Assembly (NCBI GenBank): GCA_047495785.1 | Contig: JBLDXI010000029.1 | Span: forward strand, 1,054,001 to 1,118,000 | Origin: Lepidodermella squamata | Lineage: Eukaryota; Animalia; Gastrotricha | Length of the DNA stretch: 64,000 nucleotides | Direction of reading: 5' to 3' | Shown here: piece by piece, positions 48,460 through 59,921 of the stretch | Layout: each line of letters begins with the position of its first letter | Position numbering within the stretch: position 1 is the stretch's first letter | Program-made: the position numbers and the translations under genes | Notes under the pieces: model-generated | What the model saw: only the letters and a program-made list of their open reading frames with translations | Told to the model about the DNA's origin: nothing | Database searches by the model: none

Positions 48460-50744
48460 GTTCGCTCAGCTATTTGAAATCGGCTAACTTTAATAGACTT
48501 GATAGCTGCCTAATGATGTTGCTCCACCTGAGTTTTCGTGTCCGTAAAGTTAATATAACTGCCTGTAGCGCGAATTATTACTTAAAAGGAGGAGTTGAGC
48601 GCATCTCTTTTCGGTTAGAGTGTCATTACTCCAATTGACACAATATGATGCGTAAATTCGTGAACACGACTTGAAGGAGGTAAAAAATGATGAATTCAAG
48701 CGAGTCATGACAAAATCGCTAGTAACATCCGTTTTCAGTTTGAATAAGGATAGTTTAAGAATAGCTTTGTCGTCAATTTGTTCGTGAATACAACGAGCCA
48801 AACCCCTCATAGCAAGATATGGCAGCATCTACTCACATCTCAAGTCAAAGCAACTTGAAGCAACTTCTGTTGATCAACTAACCGGTGCCTGATATCAATG
48901 CTAGAGCAACGAATAATGTGATTATGCAGGCAAGCTGAATGTTCATCATCCAATGAATGTGCCGAAATTTCACCCACGAAGACATCTGCCAAGTCTGAAG
49001 CAGCTAAGGGAAGGTTAATACTTTTCAATACCCATTCAAATGAAATTTTTCGCACGTTGATAATATACTCATCACCATTTAGGTATAATCACTACAATAC
49101 TATTTTGTGATATGACAGGCTCAAATTGAGATGACTAAATACTACGGATCAAAGATGATGAAAGGAATGACATCCCCATTTCCTGTAGAAGTTACTCGTC
49201 AAATGATTCAAGTTCGAAGAGCCAGTCAGTATCGTTCTGTAACTTGAATCGACCATTCGGGTCAATTCAAACAAGTAACAAAACTGTTTAACTTTCTTTG
49301 CACAATTGACATTTCCTGCTGAATTAATATAGCTTCGTTAGCCTTTGGAAATGATCCAGCAGTCGATCCGACATTCATGCCAGACCTAGTCAATAATCAA
49401 TAGGGTCAAGGCCATACAAATTTACCAGTCAAGCTGCCCTCTCTTAGGGGTCACACCGAAATAAATAAATGAACATTCGCCACACAAAAAAACTTTCCAG
49501 CCACTTTTAGCCCAAAATAACTTTAACCAAAACGCGGCACTATTGCAAGGACCAATTGGACATAAGCTAATGTTCATGTCCCACTCATATCTCATCAACA
49601 TTTCGATGACTTTGCTATCACTCTACTTGTTCACTGTTCATAGTTCAGTGATAAGTCGTATTCATTCGACTAGCTATATAATACCCACTTTTGACCGCTA
49701 AAGGTAATTTTTTTCCTTTTCAGATTGGCAGTAGATTCACGCAAGGAGCACCAATTTTTACTTGTCAAATCTCACCTTCTAGCAACTGTAAATTACCCGA
49801 GTTATCGACCTGACGATGAGTTAGCAGTTGGAAAGGGAGGAAATAAAAAAATCATGTATGGATCACGCATACTGATAAGGCGACCGAAGTTACGCGTATG
49901 GGCTCCGAAGTTCGGATACACCGTCCGAACCGAAGCGCCGTCCGAAGTTTTTTATAGATCCAGCATCTCCCGCGAAGAAATCTGTCAAGTCTGAAGCAGC
50001 TGAAAGATGACTGCGCTACTTAATTTCTATGATAGCATTTTTTATGACCGTTATAATACAGTCACCACCACGTGTAAGCACTGACACTATTACGTAAATG
50101 AAATGGTCAAATGAAGATGGCAACGTAACGGCCGAAAAATTAGAGAAATAACATCCGCTTTTCATACTATATATTATGCGCACACCTTTTATAAGCGCAT
50201 CGCGAGTAAGGGATACTCCCGTGATGGTTTTTTCAGGAACAGATTCGAGCAAAAATTCTGATATTTTGGATTTTCTTTTTTTTACACTTGAACATGTATG
50301 TATGTATGTGTACGTCAGACTAGCCATATTGATTTGAACATGTTAAAAATTGCAATAGCATCATTTCTATTAAGTTGGGTCAAGCTATATAAAACGCGGT
50401 CAAGATAACTTTCCAAGCAAAATTTATATTTCCATTCTTCTGCTCAGTGCTCAGTCACAAAGATATGGACGGATTCGCATTTTTTCCGTACTCAATGTGC
50501 ATTTACCTCTCAAATTTGGCTGTAATCTGATGGAAAATAGTTGAAACACTGTGTTGCGAAAACGGCCACGGCTGGCTGCTAGGTTGTTCGAAAGAACAGG
50601 AATAAAAGACACACTTCTCAAATGAAAATTGAGGATTTTTTATCAATTCGATTGCATTTAAGGGATATGGCATATACTTTCTATTACTCTAGCAGTCATT
50701 TTGCTTTAGGTACATTTTGTGAAACGAAAAAATTGATTGCTTCA

Positions 50745-51260
50745 TCAGGAAGAATGGAACCATCCAACATGCTGGAAACTCGCGAAGAGAGCTGCCACAA
50801 TCGTGCAGTAGTAACCCGCCCGCATGCTCGCTGTTGTCATCCTACTGCCTGTGTTGCAGTAATTTGCGGCACAGAAGTAAACTTTCCCACAAGTTGCATT
50901 TTCGTCGCCATAGCACACATAATACGGGATGCACGTGGCGGATGTCTCGCACCCACGGGAGTAAGCGACATAGGCCCCGGTAGTATACACAGCTTTCTGT
51001 ATCGATAAAAATAATGGCATTTCGTTAATTCTTCTAGCAAGAGCATACCATGCAATAATTAACTGAAGAATTGCCACACTGGCGTTGTGGATTATACGGG
51101 TCGCCTGTGCCATGATCATAGCAATAGATGGCATCTAACCGAGATTGAAAATCGATGAATGCTGACAGAAAGTAGAAAACTTCGTTAAAGACTAACTTGA
51201 CAATGACGTCCACGCCAGGACAGCGCTAGCCGTATACATGAAAGCCAGTTGGATATTCAT
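50745..51260 (-). CDS. Ly6/three-finger protein, copy E (CC changed to FC)
   Basis: 3 exons with an open frame; IYCYDHG...VYFCAANYCN. Confidence 0.8.
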
Positions 51261-51947
51261 CTTCGCCCAGCTATTTGAAATCTACCAACTTTAATAGACT
51301 TGAAAGGTGCTTGATGAAGCTGCGCCACCAGAGTTTTCGTCTCCGTTATGATAATATTACTGCCTGTAGCGCGAATTATTACTTAAAAGGAGGAGTTGAG
51401 CGCATCTCTTTTCGGTTAGAGTGTCATTACTCCAATTGACACAATGATGCGTAAATTCGTGAACACGACTTAAAGGAGGTAAAAAATGATGAATTCAAGC
51501 GAGTCATGACAAAATCGCTAGTAACATCCGTTTTCAGTTTTGATGAGCTTAACTAACGCTCACAATATTTATAAACTCACGTTAAATTAAATTCAATTTA
51601 TGTTAGAAGTTTTGCTCAATTACAAAGTCTCTAAATAATGTATACTCTATGGCTAACCAAGGAGAAATTCGGGGTTCCAGAGAGGGTTTATCCATAGCCA
51701 AAGTTACCTGTGGGAATATTGCCGTTGTCTACATTTCCAGTTTTAAACCAGGATACGCAAGTGTTTCTAGTGACATTCATCGCTACCAGTGGTTAATGCT
51801 TACTTGAAGTAATTTGCAGTTTCTAAAACCGACAGTTGAGTTGGGACGCCAAGCTATAACCCATCGCTGACTGTTGCAAACCGATAATAGAACTAAAATC
51901 ATAGTCATACTCCGTTTCAGGCAGTTTTCAATATCGCTCCTTCCGCG

Positions 51948-52111
51948 CCAGAACAGTGTGCCGGATAGAAACAAATGGCGCAATGCATTTGATGCGCAGA
52001 AAAAACTGGCGTTCAACTTTTTTTCCAGCGATCAGGCACGCGACTGACTTGGCGAAGATGCAAAAAGTTAGTTTTACGCCACTTGTTTCTATTTCCGGCA
52101 CACTGTTCTGG
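51948..52111. repeat. Small foldback element (about 35-nt inverted repeats)
   Basis: CCAGAACAGTGTGCCGGA.TAGAAACAA.TGGCG and its reverse complement. No TSD seen. Confidence 0.7.
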
Positions 52112-53131
52112 TCATCGATTATTGGCGACTAATTAAGTGATCGATTTTTGAAAAATCAGTCAATTTTATTTAATATTATCATGATGTATAGTCTTCAATC
52201 AAGATTTCAGCCGTCTACAAGTAATCTGGGTGACGGGTGACATCTATGAAAAATAATGACCCCCAGATAAGGTCTGGCTAGCTGTTTACCATAAACATGG
52301 GAGAAATTTGAGGTGAAAAGACCCTAAAAACTGCTTTTTGAAAAAACCGCGGTTTCTTCAGGACCTAAAAAACCGATTTGATCCGGCACCGGTTTATACC
52401 GGTTCATATCGGTTGGAGTTTAAACCGAATTCCACAACCCTGGCGATGTTACTTTCACCGTCATTATTTATGCCCGTATAGTTTTAGGGGGTACCGATCT
52501 TGACTAAGCCTATCAACGCCATGGGAGCCAGAATTTGTGACAAATCAGCATCGAGAATGTTTCGGCTGACATAATGACTGCCGAAGGTGAAATGTCTGAC
52601 TTTTCACTTGTGGAACCACGAAATTGCTCGAGATATTGCTCGCCTAAAAATTGTTGAAGCACGTCATTGGATGAATGCTTCAGCCTTCAGCGTCTTTTAG
52701 CTTCTGTTGCTTTTTGATAAGAAAGGAATTCCTGAATGAGTATTACAAATTTCGAATTAATAAAGATAATATAAGTTTCCTTCAAAATAAAGATGAAAAG
52801 GTAAATCCTTCTATGCAGCTTTTACGTCTTTCGTGTGTTTCCCTAATGAAAACGGATGTTACCAACTTCAGGTAATCCTTTTTTACCTATCCTTCAATTC
52901 ATGTTCACAAAACTGACGCATCAATGACGCCATTTGGAGTAATAATATACTAACCGAAATGAGATGCTCGCTAGCAGATCCAAGCGATAAATGTGCGCGA
53001 CGGGAAGTTGTCTAACTCAGAAGAAGTTGGAGAATTTAAGCGCGACCATTGAGTTTGTTTGTTGATGTTTCAAGTTTTATTCCTTCAAAGCAGCAGATTT
53101 CTACGAAGACTTCGATCTACACTTGGCGACA

Positions 53132-54012
53132 ATGAATATCCAACTTGCTTTCTTGTACGTTGCTTTCGGTGTCCTGGCGTTAACGACTTTCGCAAGTTAG
53201 TTGCTCTTGGAGTTTATAGTATTCAACTTAGTATAATTTCTATTCCAATTGCTATCAGATGCCATCACTTGCTATGAAGGCTATGGTACCACGACAAGTA
53301 GCCTAAGCACTTGCGGCAATTCTTCAGTGTATTATTGCGCTGTAAGTCCTTGCTGAAAAGATAACGAAGGGCCATAGACAACTCTATACAGATCGAAAAC
53401 TAGCGATCTTCCTATAGTAAATAAATTCACACCAAAACGTGAAAAAGTGGGCACGCGACCTTCATTTTTATTCACTCATCGCCCTATCCGCCCATAGTAA
53501 TTTTTCCGATTTTTAATTATTTTCTACAATTCCCTGAGAAAATAGTTCATTTCCGACAAATTTCAAACAAATTTTCAGGAACACTAGAAGCGCTCCTCTA
53601 TCGAATGAGTCCCGTCTCATGAGACGGTTTTTTTTCTAACTTTTTTAAAATTATCTCAAAGTTGGTCACTTCTACGAAAAATCGCCATTTCAAGAGTCTT
53701 TCAGGACGGTAAAATTTTTCATTTTAAGCCGAAAAATTCCGAGAAAAATACTATGATCTTATTCGATTTTTGCTCTATCCATAATGAGCAAATGAGCGTT
53801 GGATAGAGCAAAAATCGAATAATTAAAAATCTGAAAAATTACTATGGGCGGATGGGCGATGAGTGAATAAAAATGAAGGTCGCGTGCCCACTTTTTCACG
53901 TTTTGGTGTGAATTTATTTACTATAGGAAGATCGCTAGTTTCCGATCTGTATAGAGTTGTCTATGCGAAGGGCAATCACATAGTTTGCGTATCAAAATAG
54001 AAACTTGTGTGA
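53132..54012 (+). pseudogene. Ly6 copy F: exons 1-2 intact, MITE in intron 2, exon 3 lost
   Basis: Paralog of copy C. After the acceptor at 54000 it reads K-L-V-stop. Confidence 0.8.
53373..53965. mobile_element. 593-bp MITE with ~150-bp TIRs and an 8-bp TSD (P- or hAT-superfamily)
   Basis: CATAGACAACTCTATACAGATCG...CTATG termini. TSD CGAAGGGC at 53365-53372 and 53966-53973. The empty site is visible in the paralog near 44321. Confidence 0.92.
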
Positions 54013-55418
54013 ATGTCAACAGCTAGTCGTCGTTATTATGACACTTCGTTTACTACCGTCGTTTGGGGTGGTATGGGCACTTGGGGCGATTTGGCTGAAA
54101 ATTGATGTCATCACATTACTTTTAATAGCTCATAGACTGTAAGTCAGATCTCTGAACAAATTTGTGCAGATGATCTTCAACCGACCCTCTACATCTGTAA
54201 AAATGTTCAGCCAGTTATGTCCCAAAATGAAGTCACGGCAAGCCAGTATTTACAGGTAAATTTAGGCGGGTAAAAACGACCCATATGAATTGAATTATCT
54301 GTAACCAATCGAAAGGCTTTGGGTTCAGATGACATTTTTTCCTTCGACCATTTCCTTTGGTGATAACAAGGAAAAAAACCGCAACTCAAGGCGATGCACA
54401 GGTATGGCCAGGTAATTGCGCTCAAATTGCCCCATGGAAAAATCATATTTGGGGGCGAATGATTTAAATATGCAATAAAATCAGGGGGTAATTTTTTTCA
54501 CTGCCCAACTCGCCCCAAATGACGGTAAAGTGTGCGCAAACTTTTTTGTCTCGCTTTTTTGAATAACTTTTCAACCATAAGTGATGCGAAGAAGCGGCTT
54601 TCAGCAAATTAAAGCGCTGACGTGGTCTGAGTATTCCCGAAAAGCTTGTTTCAAACATATGTACCTTCAAGAAGTTAAGCAAGAAATGCATTTTGCCATT
54701 TTACATAATTTTTTCATTTTTTAAAAGTGAATTACTTGCATTCGATGTGGATGTGGATGGAGTTGATTTTCTCTCTTGCCAGAGGCTTCAAGGTTTTTGA
54801 AGAGATGGTCCGTGATGGATCCAAGTCACCCATGCATGAAAAAATGCAAGACTATCCGAAACTTTAGGTTCCATAAAATTGGCAAGGATCAATCAAAAAT
54901 TCCGCAAAAAGTTTCGATCGCGGTTGGTTGATAAGCCCTTTTCTGTGGCGGCTAATGCGAATTTCCCCGTTGACGGCGCGTTATTGACCCAATTCCCAAG
55001 TAATAAAACTTACCAATAAAGCCTTTTCACAGGATTATGCCATTCAGCCTCAAATGTAGTATAACGCCATTTTTCAAAAAGTCTCAGGCACTTTCCTCGT
55101 GAATTTTCTCTCCCGAACCCCATTCGAACGGAAATTTGTGGAAAGTTTACCCCATACTAGATCTATCGACTGGCGAAAACCGCTTTGAAAAACTCCGCAT
55201 GGTTAGGAACCCTAGTGATTAATGCCATGGTTAATCTGCAAAGTTATGCTAAGATCTCCCAATTTTCAAGATCTTTGCAAGATCTTGGAAAGACTTTTCA
55301 GTGATTACTTAAGAAGGATCTTTCCTGATCTTTGCAAGAACTTGGAGGATTTTTTTATGATTTTTTCATAACTATCTTTGCTGATCTTAGCTGATCATTG
55401 CCGAAATTGAATAATTGC

Positions 55419-55853
55419 GATGACTGCGATTTTTCGAATCTTTGTGAATTTCTTTAAGAATTGAACACGTGCAATAAGAGCGATTTCAGCTGATGCTCGG
55501 ACACGGTAGAGGTTAGGCAACAGGTCACGACGGTTAGTGAGACTAGGAGCTGGACAAGACGTTGCAATCACAACCATATTCAGATGATTCGCGATAGATC
55601 CCAAGGTTTTACACCCAGCAATGAAGATGGGTCCCAATGCCACTGGTGACGGGATGAAATCTTGAGGTTTGGTCGAATCGAAATACTCCCATTGGAATCG
55701 AACTGCTTGTTGAGCTGACCCCGCAGTATTTACGATTTCATCACGATGGTCCAGTTCGATTTTGTAGTCGGGCAAGATGTCGCTTCTGTTGTTGACCAGC
55801 TCAACAGCCAGGTCTTGTGCCTGAGAGCAGCGGTTGAATTCTACGCCAGGAAT
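55419..55853 (-). pseudogene. 5' (Venus-flytrap) fragment of a class C GPCR paralog
   Basis: Near-identical protein to about 46698-47133. The start codon and signal region are deleted, and upstream homology resumes at about 55869 (= about 47398). Confidence 0.88.
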
Positions 55854-56674
55854 TCCAAGGAGTCAAAGAGCGCGCATCCGTCCGGAGTCCAACTGACCCA
55901 ATTGATACATCATTTGCAGTGCATTCCAAGGTCGCACGATCAACCCTCCCTGGTTCACATTGTTCTCCGCAATGCTCGGGCCGGTGAAGCCTGCCCGGTG
56001 AAGCGTGATTCTTTCGATTTCGTTAAATTTACAGTAAACGTCGCATACGGGCATGTTTTAAACCGGCCCGAGCGCGGAGCAGCAAATCAATGCTACCCGT
56101 CTGTGTACGGGCCAGCCGGAGCGCGCAAGGGCCGAAATCGGGCTCGGGCAACAACAGAGTGGCCGTAAATAGCAAGTAGTCGTTATTATGATTATTCGCC
56201 CGCTAGTATCAAGGTTTAAAAAATTCCTAGATGATGAAAAGACCGCGCGTGTGCACGTATAACTATTATCCGCTTTCACAACTGCCCACTGCGCCAAGTT
56301 AATGTGAAAACAGTTTGTGGGGAGACTATATCCACTATTCCGCAAGTGTATTATCCATATTAGACATTGGAAAATGTAATATATAGTTCATTCGTCGATT
56401 TCATTGTCTGCACAGCACCCACGCCACAAAACGCTGGCAACATCTCATCTTAGGAAGTAGACAATCTACCTTTGGCTTGTAAATTTTTACTTCCTCCATG
56501 TCGTGCCGAATTGAGATGCTTCCCAACAAGTCTATCTAAGAATAAAATTTACACTGCGGGAAGTTGGCGGAGTGGATGTGAATTGTGGAAGAACTTCTGC
56601 GCGACCATGGCATCATTTATCAATTTTCGTTCCTTCAAACCAGCAGATTTTCTACGCGTGAGCAGATGGCGACG

Positions 56675-57175
56675 ATGAATATCCAACTTGCTTTCCTGTA
56701 CACTGCGTTTGGTGTCCTGGCGTTGGCGACAGTTGCGAGTTAGTTGCTCTCTACGTTTAGTATTCCGAATTATTTCCATCCCAATTGCTGTTAGATGCTA
56801 TCAATTGCTACGAAGGCTATGGTACCACGATAAGTAGCTTAAGAACTTGCGGCAATTCTTCAGTGAATTACTGCATGGTAAGTCCTTGTTAGAATGATGA
56901 CTAAGTGCAATGACATAATTTTTGTGCTAACGTAGAAAGTTGACGAAACTTACGGTTCTCAGGTCACCTCAGTATACCGTAGTTGTGCCCCAAGCGCGTG
57001 CGCTTCGGTTTCTGTGTGCCCTGGCAATGATTGTTCATACGCTTACTGCTGTAATTACAATTACTGCAATAGCGGCAGAAAGACAGCATCACCCAGCACG
57101 CATGCATTTTACGGAGCAGTTGTGGCACTTTCCATTACCAGTTTCCTTGTTATTGGAGGATGGCATCGGTATTAA
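56675..57175 (+). CDS. Ly6/three-finger protein, copy G
   Basis: 3 exons; INCYEG...CCNYNYCN and a hydrophobic tail. Confidence 0.85.
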
Positions 57176-57418
57176 TTAAAAAGTTAACGTTTTCTTCATA
57201 TTTGCCTATTCTGGATGTTCCGCAATGGCCAATGATCGAGCTTAACAAAACGTACCCCCATTTATCGTTTATCATTATCTTTATTTCAATAAAATAATGT
57301 ATGAGTGGAGAACGAAATATCACAATAAAGCCTGGAGTTCCTCTCTTCAGAGTCATTTCATCTGTTAGCTTGCGAAATCGCACTGTTGCTTCCGGTGCTT
57401 CGAAGTGATAATCGAATA

Positions 57419-58030
57419 CCGTATACTGCCCGAATTGTTGGGCCTGTCTTTTATTGTTTTCAAAACAAGTCAAACCCCCGTCTTATAATTGAGACCGCCC
57501 TTTATTTGAGGCCTGACCTTTATTATTTCGAACCCTTCTCGACATTACGTCTTACAAGGCTTTGCAGCTACCGCCAGGTAGGTACTCGCTGCCGATCAGC
57601 AGGAACTAAATGCGTTGAGTAAATACCTATATAACATGTTACGCAACAAAGCAAACAAAGCGCGCGATACTTAGGCCGAAGCAGTCGTTTCGAACAAGTG
57701 TGTCGAAGCAGAGTGTTGAAGCTTTTTCTGCTGCTTAGACACTTACGACACCCGCCGCTCGATAGTGTTGAATTGTTGAGAAAAACCGCGATTTGACTCG
57801 GGGCGCTGGTTCGCAAACTCAACCGCTTTCAGTCGCCTCTAAATGGATCGGCACATGCGCTGTTTTTTATCGCGAGGAAACGATGATAATGCTGGCGTAG
57901 TAAAATTAATGCGTTCGAGACCTGACCATTATTTGAGGCCTGACCTTTATTTTTCGAATGACCCGTGGACCCCGTCTTATATTTGAGGCTGACTTTTAAA
58001 CGAGGCTGACTAACTTTTCGGGCAGTACGG
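57419..58030. mobile_element. Tc2/pogo-type MITE
   Basis: Termini CCGTA(TA)CTGCCCGAA with TA on both sides; subterminal direct repeats TTATTTGAGGCCTGACCTTTATT. Confidence 0.8.
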
Positions 58031-58328
58031 TAGTTTGATGAAATGCAAACAACTTCTTGACGGGCGTCCTTGAAGCTTCTGAGAGGTAGATTTCACGATG
58101 AGGCTCAAATAATTAATGGATATGGCTATGTGAACACAGGAAAAGTGTATCGCCCAATGGCTATGCGCTATGCGTACACACATTGCGTGACACACAGCCA
58201 GATGCGTTCTGGCTGCCAGTAGCCATGTGCCAACATTAGCCAAAATCGACACATGTAGTTTGTAATAGTGATATAACGTCACATCACATGCGAAGCCTGA
58301 GTTTCAGTCTGTTTTGATTCAAAAGGAT

Positions 58329-58410
58329 CGCTGCCAGTAGGATTTGAACCTACGCGCGGAGACCGCATCTGATTTCAAGTCAGACCCCTTAACCACTCGG
58401 GCATAGCAGC
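58329..58410 (-). tRNA. tRNA-Ser(TGA)
   Basis: Reverse complement is identical to 4072-4153. Confidence 0.95.
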
Positions 58411-58547
58411 TTGTTTGATTAGCGAAAATTAAATTTCTTCTGTGAAAGTGTCATTACTTCGTACTTCGTACCGATAATTCTTTGCTTATATTTTTTAGCA
58501 GAGACTGAATAGCTAATGATAACTAAAACTTTATTTTCTACGCAACA

Positions 58548-59570
58548 TTATTTTTTCCAATCACGGTAAAAAAAGTAGGCAAAGCTAAAAGCAAAGTAGT
58601 GTATAATCATTTTCACAGCATGCTCGTGTGTGAAGCCTAGCGACCATGCTATTGAGGACGCTAGAACATAAGTTGCAACTTTGACAGTCTGATCCTCGAA
58701 ACCTTCGCCGCTACTTAAGACGTTACGAAGTAGTCGTCGATAATATGGGTAGGCGTTAAGGTACTTTAGTAGGATGGTCGCTCCACAAGCGAGCACGAAA
58801 TGGGCGCCAATGAATAGGAGCCATCCAAGAGTGAATTCTGAAAATGTCCACGCAACTTGGCTTATTCCATTGACGACGCCTATATGCCGTACAGCCAGGG
58901 CCACCATTATAGAGAGGAATATCTTGATTTGATAGTGCACCTTAACATTCTGTAAACCGCGAATTGTGATGAAAATGGGGCCAGCCCACGAGCCAGCTAC
59001 GAAAGAATACGATACGATCCGCACAAACAAATTGAAAACTCCAGAGGTAAGCCAGAATACCAGAGAGCTCATAAAATCGGGTAACCCTAAAGTTACACTT
59101 AAAATCCATACGATCGTAGCGAAGCAAATGCATGTGATGAAATCAGGTTGAGTCCGAACAGGTGGAGGAGAATTTTCCCTCTTTTCTGGTTTCGGAGGTC
59201 TCTGTTTTCCATATTGCTCGCGAAAGGCCTTTTCAAACGCTCGAATAAAGTCGGACTCGAATGACTGATTCCCATTTCGATCGCTTTGACTCCCATAATT
59301 CGAGCTGTTGAGCCTGACTCCTTGAAGAACACCAACATCGTACTCTCGGCGCTGGTCGGGATCACTTAATATCTTGTAGGCTTCATTTATTTTCCGCATT
59401 TTCGCCTCTGCAAACTCTCGCTCTCTGATATTTGAGCCATTCGGATCTTGCTTATCTGGATGATACTGCTTCGCCAGTGTTCGATATGCCTGCTTGATTT
59501 CAGATTGGCTTGCATTTTTGTGAATTCCCAGCGTTGAATAGTGCAGTGGCTGACTGAAAGCTGTGTTCAT
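58548..59570 (-). CDS. DnaJ/Hsp40 J-domain protein with multi-pass membrane C-terminus (intronless)
   Basis: HYSTLG...[17 protein letters not shown]...[11 protein letters not shown], followed by several hydrophobic segments. Confidence 0.88.
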   Translation of the reverse strand: MNTAFSQPLHYSTLGIHKNASQSEIKQAYRTLAKQYHPDKQDPNGSNIREREFAEAKMRKINEAYKILSDPDQRREYDVGVLQGVRLNSSNYGSQSDRNGNQSFESDFIRAFEKAFREQYGKQRPPKPEKRENSPPPVRTQPDFITCICFATIVWILSVTLGLPDFMSSLVFWLTSGVFNLFVRIVSYSFVAGSWAGPIFITIRGLQNVKVHYQIKIFLSIMVALAVRHIGVVNGISQVAWTFSEFTLGWLLFIGAHFVLACGATILLKYLNAYPYYRRLLRNVLSSGEGFEDQTVKVATYVLASSIAWSLGFTHEHAVKMIIHYFAFSFAYFFYRDWKK

Positions 59571-59921
59571 TTTGAGTGAAACTTCTTATTACGATTGACA
59601 TCTTAGTGATAATTTTACCATTCCTTCACTTGCTTCTTATCTCAATTGCGATAAAGCACAGTTTTCTGACGTGTATCTTGTAGGCTCAATGAATCATCGA
59701 TGAGAATTAATAAGTGAAAAACCGTTTTCGCCGTAGAATAGAAAATGGAATCGCTACCTGTTTCACGGGAATGAGAAAAACAAAATGCGGGAAAGATGGT
59801 TCCATGTGAAAAATAACAACACACACGAAACATACGCATTTGTCGCTGCGCGCCAGCTGTTGGCTACGCGAGCGATGAATATTGAGAAACGGTAACGCGG
59901 TTAAAATTGAATGAGTAAAAA

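Larger units (their letters stand above)
47797..51541. repeat. Direct duplication of about 0.95 kb (47797-48740 and 50594-51541) carrying Ly6 D and E
   Basis: Flanks appear identical or near-identical by eye; the centre is diverged. Confidence 0.9.

Noticed and set aside
54040-55395. Probable repeat-derived DNA (AAGATCTT-like repeats, CTAG end suggesting a Helitron)
   Set aside because: No clear termini, TSD or terminal hairpin could be defined.
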